Source: Pelagomonas calceolata
Lineage: Eukaryota
NCBI GenBank assembly: GCA_918797485.1
Contig: CAKKNE010000005.1
Coordinates: forward strand, 2,294,001-2,358,000
Reading direction: 5' to 3'
DNA length: 64,000 bases
Shown here: piece by piece, positions 9,664-18,966 of the stretch
How the letters are laid out: each line of letters starts with the position of its first letter
Numbering within the stretch: position 1 is the first letter of the stretch
Translations under genes and position numbers: made by a program
Notes under the pieces: model-generated
Told to the model about the DNA's origin: nothing
The model's database searches: none
What the model saw: only the letters and a program-made list of their open reading frames with translations

Positions 9664-12600
9664 ATGGCTGGCGACGGCGACGCGATGGAGGTCGACGCTG
9701 AGGCGCCGGCGCCCGCCGCCGAGGCCACAGAGGCAGCAGAGGCAGCCGAGGCACCAGCACCCGCGCCAGCCGCCGCGGAGGAGGCGCCCGCAGCCGCCGC
9801 GGAGGCCCCAGCACCCGCGCCGGCAGCGCCCGTCATCGAGGTCACGCCCGCCGGCCCGTCGCAAGACGAGACCTGCGAGGCCGCCGTCAAAGCCACTCTC
9901 GACGCGCCCGATAATGCGGGAGAGCGCATCCGCAACGCGGCCTGGGCCGAGGCGCCGGACGACGTGGCGGACTGTGTAGAATTAGCCGCTAGGCAACTCC
10001 TCTACGAAGCTCTAGATAAAGAAGATCAAACAACGGCAAAAAAAATCGTCGCCGTACTCGTCGACCACACGGTCCATTGCGAACAATGTGGTGATAGAGG
10101 TCCGGTCCTGAACGTGGCCCATAAACTCCTCGAGGACTGTATTGATGCCGCACCGTCGACGAACGCTGATGGTTGGTGGGATCTTGTTGAGTCTCACAAA
10201 GGAGCATTGACCGAGAACCCAGCTATTTTCAAGGCCGGCAAGTTCATCTTGTTACGGTTATGCAACTCCCTCCTGAAACGATTATCCAGAACGAGGCAAG
10301 CGACGTTGTGCGGACGAATTTTAATGTTCATGGCGGCCGCGTGGCCTCTGTCCGAGAAGTCGGCCCTGAACATGAAGGGCCTCTGCCACACGGATAATGT
10401 GACGGAGTTCGAGAGTGCAGACCAGTTCGACGCCCAGAACGCCGACGACGACTTCGACGACGCCGGCGACGGCGCGCCCAAGGAGGACTACGACACGTAT
10501 TCGGGCTTCTGGTCCGTGCAGAAGTACCTGTCTAATCCCCCGTCCTGCTTCAAGGACGTCAAAGGCTTTCTTGCAGCTGTTGATGTCACTTGTAGTGCTC
10601 TTGAGAGAACAGCATGTACGCCTGATGAATTCGAGCGGGAGCGGGCCGCGATGGTCGAAAGGCAGGCTCAACCTATGAATGTGGAGCCCGAGGACGATAC
10701 GCAGCAAATGCTCGGCTCCCAGAAATATTTAACGAATTCTCGGTTACTCAGGATCCAGTTACGAGATCCGCAGCTACGGACCCAGGTCTGTTCGCAGCTC
10801 TACATGGTCTTGGATTATCTGAGGAGAGAACTAGAGTCCATGAACGCTAGAGATTGGGCCTCGGAGCCGAAAGCAAGAGTGCGAAAGATCCTGGCCGGGA
10901 CGCCGCCGACCGGCCCGGAGGCGGCCGGGAGTCTAGACTTACTCTTAGAGCACGAGGTCCAGTGGGCCGCCTGGAAGAAGAAGGGCTGCCCGCCCTTCGA
11001 GAAGGAGCCGCTACCCGAGAAGCCCAAGCAGAAGCGGCCCTACTACGCGCCTCCACTGCCAGAAGTCCTCAAGAGGAAACAAGCTAGAAGGGACGCTCTA
11101 GAAAAGAAGCGGAAAGACGAGGAGCCTCCCTTGGAGGAGAAGTGCCGTAGATTAGCCTCGCAGATCCCCACGCTCAAGGAACACCTCCAGGAGTGGCGCG
11201 ACGCCGACGACCCCGCCGAGGATATTGATGATGAATATCACCCGAGGCACGACCCGGTCTGGAAGTTCCGCGCTTTACGCTTGGTCATGAAGGAGAAGCT
11301 GCCCTGGTTCGCGGACATGCACGACGCGAACATCGAGGTCGCCGTCGACAAGATGTTTCCCGACCGGCCGAAGCGGACCGACCGGCCGGCGCCGCCGCCG
11401 CCGCCCCCTAAACCCGTGGTGAAGAAGAAGCGGGTGCGCGAGGAATCTCCTCCTAAGGAGGAAGATGCGAAACGTCGTAAGGACGACCGCGACGAGTCGC
11501 CGCGGAGCCGGCGGGAGCGGTCGGCGCGCGACCGCCCGGAGCCGCGCGGCCGCGGCGCGGAGACGGCGCGCGGCGGCCGCAAGTCGCCCGACGAGTCCAA
11601 GAAGGGCGGCTTCTCGGACAAGCGGGACGCGCGCGACCGGAAGGAGCGCGACGACGACAAGCCGCGCGGCCGCGGCGCCCGGGCCGCCGACGACAAGCCT
11701 CGGGGCCGCGACGACGACGCCAAGGCCCGGGCGCCGCGCGGCCGCGGCGCCGACGAGTCGCGCGAGCGGTCCAAGAAGGCCGACGACGACAAGCCGGCGC
11801 GCGGACGCAAGGATAATGACGACAAGCCCCGGGGGCGCGGCGCCGACGAGTCGCGGGAGCGCTCCAAGAAGGCTGACGACGACAAGCCGGCGCGCGGCCG
11901 CGACGACAAGCCTGCGCGGGGCCGCGGCGCCGACAAGGACTCCAAGCGCGACGACAAGAAGGCTGAGGCACCAGCGCCGGCGCGCGGGCGCAGCGACGAC
12001 AAGCCCCGGGGCCGGGGTGCCGACGAGTCGCGCGAGCGGTCCAAGCGCGACGAAAAGGACTCCAAGCGCGACGACAAGAAGGCCGAGGCGCCGGCGCCGG
12101 CGCGCGGGCGCAGCGACGACAAGCCTCGCGGCCGCGGCGCCGACGAGTCGCGGGAGCGCTCCAAGCGCGACGACAAGGACTCCAAGCGCGACGACAAGAA
12201 GGCTGACGACGACAAGCCGGCGCGCGGGCGCAAGGCCGACGACGACAAGCCTGCGCGCGGCCGCGGCGCCGACGAGTCGCGGGAGCGCTCCAAGCGCGAC
12301 GACAAGGACAAGGACAAGGACGCCAAGGCGGGCGCCAAGAAGGCCGAGGCGCGCGACGAGAAGAAGGACTCGTCGTCGCGCGACCGGCGCCGCGACGCCA
12401 AGGACGACGACAAGGCGTCGCCGCGCGACCGGCGGCGGGCCAAGAAGGACGACGACGAGGCCAAGCCCAAGGCGCGCGGCCGCGGCGCGGCCGAGGACAA
12501 GAAGCGGGGGCGCTCGCCGGAGAAGGAGGACAAAAAGCGGGGCCGGAGCCCCGAGAAGAAGCGCGGCCGCTCGCCGGAGAAGGACGAGCCCGCGCGGAAG

Positions 12601-12714
12601 CGGGGCCGCGGCGGCGATGACGCGCCGCCCGCGCGGCGCGGCGGGCGCGCGCCGGCGCCGGCGCCGACCCGACAAACGCGGCCACGCGGCGGGCGCGGGC
12701 GCGGGCGGCGCTGA
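9664..12714 (+). CDS. THOC1: THO complex subunit 1 (Hpr1) with long Arg/Asp/Lys repeat tail
   Basis: LLRLCNSLLKRLSR, CGRILMFMAAAWPLSEKSALN, FWSVQKYLSNP, KYLTNSRLLRIQL, WAAWKKKGC. Confidence 0.9.
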   Translation: MAGDGDAMEVDAEAPAPAAEATEAAEAAEAPAPAPAAAEEAPAAAAEAPAPAPAAPVIEVTPAGPSQDETCEAAVKATLDAPDNAGERIRNAAWAEAPDDVADCVELAARQLLYEALDKEDQTTAKKIVAVLVDHTVHCEQCGDRGPVLNVAHKLLEDCIDAAPSTNADGWWDLVESHKGALTENPAIFKAGKFILLRLCNSLLKRLSRTRQATLCGRILMFMAAAWPLSEKSALNMKGLCHTDNVTEFESADQFDAQNADDDFDDAGDGAPKEDYDTYSGFWSVQKYLSNPPSCFKDVKGFLAAVDVTCSALERTACTPDEFERERAAMVERQAQPMNVEPEDDTQQMLGSQKYLTNSRLLRIQLRDPQLRTQVCSQLYMVLDYLRRELESMNARDWASEPKARVRKILAGTPPTGPEAAGSLDLLLEHEVQWAAWKKKGCPPFEKEPLPEKPKQKRPYYAPPLPEVLKRKQARRDALEKKRKDEEPPLEEKCRRLASQIPTLKEHLQEWRDADDPAEDIDDEYHPRHDPVWKFRALRLVMKEKLPWFADMHDANIEVAVDKMFPDRPKRTDRPAPPPPPPKPVVKKKRVREESPPKEEDAKRRKDDRDESPRSRRERSARDRPEPRGRGAETARGGRKSPDESKKGGFSDKRDARDRKERDDDKPRGRGARAADDKPRGRDDDAKARAPRGRGADESRERSKKADDDKPARGRKDNDDKPRGRGADESRERSKKADDDKPARGRDDKPARGRGADKDSKRDDKKAEAPAPARGRSDDKPRGRGADESRERSKRDEKDSKRDDKKAEAPAPARGRSDDKPRGRGADESRERSKRDDKDSKRDDKKADDDKPARGRKADDDKPARGRGADESRERSKRDDKDKDKDAKAGAKKAEARDEKKDSSSRDRRRDAKDDDKASPRDRRRAKKDDDEAKPKARGRGAAEDKKRGRSPEKEDKKRGRSPEKKRGRSPEKDEPARKRGRGGDDAPPARRGGRAPAPAPTRQTRPRGGRGRGRR
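11640..12600 (+). repeat. Coding tandem repeats (DDKPRGRGADESRERSK / DDKPARGR units) in the THOC1 tail
   Basis: Near-identical ~120-bp units at about 11995-12114 and 12115-12234, plus shorter variants. Confidence 0.85.
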
Positions 12715-12783
12715 CCGGTGTTCCCCCTGCGTAAGTTTGGAGACGACGTACGCCATCGCCGCGAAGCGTACTTAATACAAAAT

Positions 12784-13812
12784 TCAAACTAGCTCGACAT
12801 TGCAAAGCCTCAGCTTGAGCTGGTCGCTCGCCGACGTCTGGACGACGTACCGCCCCGCGCCGCCGTCCCAGGACTGCACCGTGCCCTGCCTCCCGTTCAG
12901 CTCGGCCCGCGACGTGCCCACCACCCTTACGAGCGCGCCGGCCGGCAGGATCAGGTTCTCGCTCTTGACTGCCACAGTCTGCCTGACGGAGGACAGCGCC
13001 ACGACGTAGCGCTCGTCTCCCGTTGGACTCCGCCGCGCTCCCAACAGATTGCCCGACTTGCCGTCTAGTTCCGGAGACGACTTGATATCCGTTAATCGCA
13101 CTCCCCGCAAGATCTGCTGGAGGTTCTGCGGTTTCAACGACAAGACGTCGCCGTCGTCGTCGAGCTTGACGTTATACCGCCCCTTACTATCATCATATGA
13201 TTGTACGGAAGCCATCTCATTATTTAATTCCGGTTTGGACACCAAATCCTTCAGCACGACCTTAGTATTAGGCTGTAGCACGTCGTAGCGTTTCGGGGGC
13301 GGCGGCGCGCGCCTTCTCGAAGGACCCCCTCCGAACGACGAGAAGACCTGCGGGCCACCCGGACCACCGCCCATCTGGATGCGGATGCCTCCCGGCATGC
13401 CGCCGAACCCGGAGCCGCCGAACATGGACTCGAAGGGGTCGTCGCCGCCGCCCATGCCGCCCCCGCCAAAAAACATGGAAAACATTTCTTCCGCGCGCCG
13501 CGCGTCCATGCGCACGCCGCCGCCCGGGAAGCCGCCCCCGGGAAAGCCGCCGGGCACGCTCTGGCCCTGCTCCGCGGCCTTCGCGCCGTCCTTGCCATAA
13601 TTGTCGTAGGCCGCGCGCCGCTGTTTATCCTGCAAGCAGTCGTAGGCCTCGGACACGGCCTTGAAGTGCTCCTCCGCCCGCTTGTCGTCGGGGTTCTTGT
13701 CCGGGTGGTACTTTATCGCGAGCTTGCGGTAGGCTTTCTTTAATTGCGCTTCAGTGGCGTCTCTTGGCACGCCGAGCACGCGGTAGTAGTCGTCGCTCGT
13801 GGGGTCCGCCAT
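12784..13812 (-). CDS. DnaJ/Hsp40 J-domain protein with G/F region and three C-terminal KOW/SH3-like repeats
   Basis: [20 protein letters not shown]; Gly/Phe-rich linker; three (P/A)EL(N/D)..RY(N/V)V modules. Confidence 0.9.
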   Translation of the reverse strand: MADPTSDDYYRVLGVPRDATEAQLKKAYRKLAIKYHPDKNPDDKRAEEHFKAVSEAYDCLQDKQRRAAYDNYGKDGAKAAEQGQSVPGGFPGGGFPGGGVRMDARRAEEMFSMFFGGGGMGGGDDPFESMFGGSGFGGMPGGIRIQMGGGPGGPQVFSSFGGGPSRRRAPPPPKRYDVLQPNTKVVLKDLVSKPELNNEMASVQSYDDSKGRYNVKLDDDGDVLSLKPQNLQQILRGVRLTDIKSSPELDGKSGNLLGARRSPTGDERYVVALSSVRQTVAVKSENLILPAGALVRVVGTSRAELNGRQGTVQSWDGGAGRYVVQTSASDQLKLRLCNVELV

Positions 13813-14035
13813 CGTGGTCGTGTGCTGCTTCCTTAAGACCCCTCTACGCCTCCGGTGCTGCTGTCAGCTCGACAGTGGTTGCCTCGCGTATGCTCTGCAG
13901 ACGCGTATTGATGCGCGTTTCGCCAACTGTGCTGCTCTCCAGTGCGTGTGTGGCAGTGTGCGTTCGTTCAATTCCTCAGCGACGACCCACAGGCGCACCT
14001 TGCTGCAGTCGAGTTTTGAGAGCTCGATGGCGTTT

Positions 14036-14057
14036 CTAGCGTGCGGTGACACACTAG
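14036..14057 (-). promoter_or_regulatory. CTAG-N14-CTAG upstream element
   Basis: Reverse complement CTAGTGTGTCACCGCACGCTAG, between the DnaJ start and the structured non-coding region. Confidence 0.6.
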
Positions 14058-14059
14058 CT

Positions 14060-15540
14060 CCGTGAGGAAACGTGCACGCAGCTATTTGAGTATCGCTCGG
14101 TTCGCTAATGGTCCAAAGAGACCAATGGGACACTTCCTGGGGGGTGAAAAAATTAATTTTTTAATTCGCGATATTGACGGTCCCGCCATGGCGGGCGCGT
14201 AGCTGGAATCCTGTCGATTCGTGGTCCTGAAGTCTCCCCGAGGCCGCCTAGGGTCGGAACAAGACATGGGTAGTCGCCTACGCCGCATGCACCGCCGCTT
14301 CCAGAGTAAGATACATCTCCCATGGTCCTTTGCGCTATACCTCTGTTGGCCATGATTTGCCAAAGATTTCGATCCAGAGCTCTCTGGGGAGCTCCAAGCA
14401 CGGGCGCATGCGGCGTAGGCGACTACCCGACCCCAGACCTACCCCGGAGGGAGTCCGCGAGCCGATCTACATCCGAAAAAAGTAAATAATTTGGACCCGA
14501 TGGCGCCCCGCCACGATAAAAAACGTCAATTACCCGAGGGCCCCCAGGAATCGTAATAGCGGTCTCGTCGGACCCCATACTACCCCACCGATAGTCAATT
14601 ACAAGTATATGACATCTACACCACGAGAAGGGTACTTTGGGCCGACCACGCTCGGGACGTGAACATCTTGATCTGGACCTCGCGCAAGTCAGTCGATCAT
14701 GGAACAAATGATCGCGTTAGGGTCCATGGTGAAGGTACACGGGCTGATGGTCGCAGGTCCGGGTGTTGCGCCATAATTGGTGAGATCCTGGGCTCGCGAG
14801 ACCGACGACCCGCGCCGAGCATCTTTGGGTCTCGGAGCAATGTAGTAGGCAGTCAGGCCGGTTATCTGGCCCGTCCCATAACAGAAACGCCTGAAACGCA
14901 AATTTATTTTATAAACCACCGGTCTGGGGCCAATTCAGTGCCCCGCGTACGCACCGTCGTCCGCGGAGAACGGGCAAGTCGGTCGATTGTGAATAGAACG
15001 ACGGCGTTATAGTCCATCTGGGTAGTGGCGTCGCTGATACTCGCAGATTTAGGCTCCGAGTCCGCCTTTGCAAAAAGGCAGGGGCGTGGAGTCGACGTTT
15101 CGCGCGGCTCTAACGGAGCATCTCATTCTGCTCAGTGATTGTTCAATCGGCCTAGATGGACTCTACCACTAACAAACGGAAGGAAACGAACATAAACTCG
15201 GGAGTTGTCTAGTAGAATTCTTTTCCCGCCCTCCGAGCGCGGGCCGTCGGCTCCAGTTCCGTCGAGTGTGTATGAAAACTGGGCTGGAGTTGATATGATG
15301 TACCATTTGGATGGTAGATGGCGGTGTCAATCGCTGGTGTATTTTTGGCGAGCCGCAAGATTCATCTGTGAATGTCGGCGCGGGGCAGTGTCTTCCGGGA
15401 GCCTCGAGGTATGTTCCTCGGTCGCCTCGCGTCGACGGCGTGGGGGCCGCCGACACGAAGACTCGTTCCGCTTTGTACATAGTGCCTGTAAAATCTTGAT
15501 GTTGAATGCCCAGTCTTTGTTAAAAAACCAAAAGCTTACG
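14060..15540 (+). ncRNA. Candidate large structured non-coding RNA (family unknown)
   Basis: No credible ORF; multiple long stems read by eye, with + strand G.U pairs; perfect 23-bp inverted repeat 14268-14290/14406-14428; putative + strand intron 15409-15482. Boundaries are approximate. Confidence 0.55.
15409..15482 (+). mobile_element. Putative introner-like intron (74 nt) inside the non-coding region
   Basis: AG|GTATGT donor, CGCGTCGACGGCGTGGGG core, TACATAG acceptor. Confidence 0.5.
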
Positions 15541-15541
15541 T

Positions 15542-16632
15542 TCAATCCCGCTTGCGCCGCGTGCGCCGCGGAGGAGGCGGAGGCGCCGGAGCAGCCGTCC
15601 GTCGCGGCGGCCGCCGCCGTGGAGGCGGAGGCGCCGGAGGAGCCGTCCGCCGCGGCGGCCGCCGGCGCGGCGGCGGAGGCGCTGGCGATGGCCGGCGCGG
15701 CGGAGGAGGCGGCCGCGGCCGCGGAGCCGCGCGGAGAAGCTGCGGCGGCAGCACGTCACTATAGTTCTCGCCGACGTAGTCGACCTTGTAGCGGCCGTCG
15801 TCGAGCCGCGAAGACGCGACGACGGCGGGATAGTAGCACTGATCCGGCCCGTAAAACGCAGAGACGCGCTCGCCCCGCGAATAACTCTCGGCGCGCTCCA
15901 GCGAGCGCACCAGGTCCGCCGACACCTCGCCGCGGTCGCCGTCGTAGTACTCGACGACGACCACGTCGTCGCGCACTTCGACGACCGTCGCCGGGATGGG
16001 ACACCGCCACGCCCAGTAAAACGCGCTGACGCGCGTGCCGACGCGAGGCCGCCGCCGCCGCGTCGGCGCCGCCGGCATCACGCGCCGCGCGCGGCGCTCG
16101 GACCGTTCGCGCAGGTCCGCGACGCGTGCCTCCTCCGCGCGCTCGGCGCGTTTCTTCGCCCGCCGCTCCGCCTGTGTGAATACGTGTTATCCGCCACGCC
16201 ATCGAGCAGTCTACGACGACGCGTCGCGTCGATGGCGCGGGACGCCTTCCATTTGATTTCCACACAGCGCGCCGCCCGCTCGCGCGCCGCGGTCTGGCGG
16301 TCGTGCTCGTCGACCGCCGCTTCTTCCTCGTCCTCGTCCTCGACGGCCTCGCCGCGATCGCGCCGCCACGCCGCGACCGCGCGCGCGTCCGACGCCATCG
16401 TAGCAACGGCGCGCACCTCCCAGCCCCGCTTCGCGCCGGCCGGAACAAAGACGTCCGAGCCGAGGCGCCGCGCGCGCGCCGCGCACATCGCCTTCACGCG
16501 CCGCTCGATCTCGTCGATCGAGAAAAACGTGACGCCCGGGTCGAGGCGGTACGTGAGGCCGCCCTTGCGGAGATCCTGCAGCGCCTGATGATGCTCCGGC
16601 TCAAGGTACTGTTCGCCGTCGCCTTGCGGCAT
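15542..16632 (-). CDS. Tandem Tudor/Agenet-like domain protein, two exons (16632-16273, 16171-15542)
   Basis: Removing a GC-AG intron joins ORFs 16078..16632 and 15542..16081 in frame; two G(T/E)RVSAFY...PAxV...V(E/D)Y modules. Confidence 0.7.
16172..16272 (-). mobile_element. Introner-like GC-AG intron (101 nt)
   Basis: 5' GCGCGCTGTGTGGAAATCAA and 3' TTCACACAG form inverted termini; core present in both orientations; GCG at both junctions; splicing restores the frame. Confidence 0.75.
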
Positions 16633-16844
16633 TGTGGACTTGCGGCGGCTCGGCGCTTACGGCGCGCGTGCAGACCGTGGAAGGCTCACTTTTTCAAATG
16701 ATAAATGATTTGCCACGACTCGCAAGGCGTCGTGGGCCAGTGGGGCGATGCAGGCGGCGCTTTACGCCTCTTGCCGTGTGCAAATAATCCGCACGTGCGG
16801 ATGGCGGCGCGGCTTGGCGCGGCCCAGGCTTGCTTGCTTGCTTG

Positions 16845-16865
16845 CTAGTATGTACACGCCGCTAG
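16845..16865 (+). promoter_or_regulatory. CTAG-N13-CTAG upstream element preceded by (GCTT)4
   Basis: CTAGTATGTACACGCCGCTAG about 210 bp upstream of the ATG at 16632. Confidence 0.6.
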
Positions 16866-16936
16866 CGAAAGCCGCTCCTAGCACCATAACAACAACCCTA
16901 TTCCGAGCACCTAAACCCGTTTTACAAAGGGCACAT

Positions 16937-18085
16937 TTACCTCCCCACCCCACAAGCATCACAAACCGCCCGCCGCAGCTCGCCAGCGCAAAACTCCTCG
17001 CGCTTCGCGTCGAAGCGGGCTCGCGCGGCGTCGTCGCCCGTAAAGAGCGCGTCGAGGACGGCGGCGCCCTGAACGGCCTCGAGGACGTGCGCGCCGCGGC
17101 CGTCGACGGCCTCCAGCGCCCGACTCCACGCGTCCGCGCCGTAGCGGTCCGCGAGCGATGAGACGGACAGCGCGTCGACGGCCGGCCCGCGGAAGAGCCG
17201 CGGCGGCAGCGCGCCGCGCCGAAGTGCTTCGGCGCGCGTCGACTCGTCGTCGACGACGTACGTGGCGGCGTCGGCAACGACCGCCGCGAGCCGCAGCTCG
17301 ACGACGCGGTGCGCGAGCGTCCGCAGAGCGAACGCGGCGCGCGGCGCCGGCAGCGCGACGAGCTGCGGCCGCACGCCCGGCCACCACACGTTGACGGCGA
17401 TAGTCCACGCGTCGGAGCGCACGCGGTGCCACCAGCCCTCGGGCCAGTACGCGCAGTCGCCCGCTTCGAGCGTGAAGGAGACCGCCGGCCGCGGCGGCGC
17501 CGCGGCCGCTCGATACGCCCAGGCCGGCGCCGAGCGCGCGAGCTTCGGGCAGCCCGGCGGCCAGAGGTCGACGGTCTTGCGGCCGCGCGTGACGACCATG
17601 AAGTTCTCGAGGCCGTCGTAGTGCGCCGTCGTGGTGGTCGGCGCCCGGCCGCCGATCCAGACCTGGAGCGACGCGTCGCCGCCGCCGTCGGCGGCCGCGG
17701 TCGCGGCGGCCTTCGCCGCCACGGCCCAAAAAGGCACGGCGGCCGCGGCCGCGCGGGCCATCGCCCGCCGCAGCGGGCCCGAGCCGTCGAGCGGGACTTG
17801 CATCGCGTACAAATCGCCGTGCGTGGCCTCGCGCGACGCGGCGGCGGCAAGGATCGCGGCGAGCGGGAGCTGCACGTCGCGCCGCGCCGCGCCGCCGGCG
17901 TAGACGCCTCCCTCCGCCGGGATGGTCGCGCTGCACATGCATCCGTCGTCAGTTTGCGCTATTTCTAGGAACGACGACAGCTCGAAGCGGCCAGCGGCCG
18001 CGCCGGCGGCGTAGCAGGGCTCGCCACGGGCGATCGCGGCGGCGAAGTCGGCGGCGAGCGCTTCGGCGGTGGTTTGTGCGGCCAT
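16937..18085 (-). CDS. JmjC/cupin-8 2-oxoglutarate Fe(II) oxygenase
   Basis: VWIG..TTAHYDGLENF..GRKTVDLWPP..LEAGDCAYWPEGWWHRV..AVNVWW. Confidence 0.85.
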   Translation of the reverse strand: MAAQTTAEALAADFAAAIARGEPCYAAGAAAGRFELSSFLEIAQTDDGCMCSATIPAEGGVYAGGAARRDVQLPLAAILAAAASREATHGDLYAMQVPLDGSGPLRRAMARAAAAAVPFWAVAAKAAATAAADGGGDASLQVWIGGRAPTTTTAHYDGLENFMVVTRGRKTVDLWPPGCPKLARSAPAWAYRAAAAPPRPAVSFTLEAGDCAYWPEGWWHRVRSDAWTIAVNVWWPGVRPQLVALPAPRAAFALRTLAHRVVELRLAAVVADAATYVVDDESTRAEALRRGALPPRLFRGPAVDALSVSSLADRYGADAWSRALEAVDGRGAHVLEAVQGAAVLDALFTGDDAARARFDAKREEFCAGELRRAVCDACGVGR

Positions 18086-18966
18086 TTCTTTGTGCGACTT
18101 TCGTGCAGCGGCGATGCAGCGATCACGATGCAGCGATCACGATGCAGCTAGCAGTAGAGCAGCAGTGAGCAGTGGCAGTGCAGCTGGCAGTGGTGCGCGA
18201 GCAGTGGTGCAGCGACGCAGCGAATCTGCCCCAGCGATGCCGGATCCAGCGACGCGCAGGCCGAGTGTGCACAGTGCAGAGGCAGCAGTGTGCAGCTGTG
18301 TGGTCTGGTCTCTCTGGTTTCGTGAGAGATTCAATCGCAGCTCGCAATTGCACGAATGGTAACGTCTGAAATGATTATTATTGTCAGACACCAGCCTGCA
18401 GCTCCAGAGTTGGCAGAGGCAAGGCAGCAAAACAAGCAGGGCAAAACCATCAAAATCAAGGCCAAGAGAAGAGTCGGTAGCCTGGGAGGGATGCGTCAAG
18501 AGCCAACGCGTGCTTTTTAGAAGAGTTTGGGGAAGCCGACAAACCCGCACGAAACTTCCGTCACCCGTCATGAGGCTATTTCAATCCTTTGGAGCCCTCT
18601 ATTTCCCCCATGGCCACTCTCAGAGACATCCGGAGACAAGCGGTCGGAGGCTGGTCACAAAAATTGGTCGAGTCGCCCGCGTGCGTTGGCGTGCAAGAGG
18701 GAGGATACTTGGGGCGCGCGACAGCGCCCGTACACATTTTTGAAAGAACGACCGCGGCGCTGCGCGCGTTGCTGCAAAAACTCAGCGACGCGTGCTCAGC
18801 TGGGACCACCCAATTGGATATCGGCCTAGCCGCGGCGCGCGCACGCGCGCAAGAGGAGTTTAGACTCCACGCGGACGCCGCGCGGCGCCGCGCGCCACCG
18901 CCCGCAGCTCTCGCGCCCACGCAAACAATTGACCCGACCGCCCCGCAGGCCGTAGACAAAAGGAGG

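Noticed and set aside
11238..12805. Several 430-490 aa overlapping or antisense ORFs
   Set aside because: Stop-free shadows of the GC-rich THOC1 repeat. The same applies to most short ORFs in the track.
14716..14723. GTTAGGGT as a telomerase RNA template
   Set aside because: It would be a template only on the - strand, whereas wobble pairs and the intron favour +, where it lies largely within a stem. An 8-mer is also expected by chance. Telomerase identity is not supported, though not excluded.
266..15380. 12-bp match TGAATGTCGGCG between the two structured regions
   Set aside because: A single short match with no extension is plausible by chance.
14041..15540. Group II intron, RNase P/MRP, SRP or snRNA identity for the structured region
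   Set aside because: Only short partial resemblances (GTGCG, GAGGAAAC, CCAATTCAG, AACGGAGCA); no complete domain V, P4 or helix-8 signature.
15205..16029. 274-aa + strand ORF
   Set aside because: Mostly the antisense shadow of the Tudor-like gene; its 5' part lacks host codon bias.
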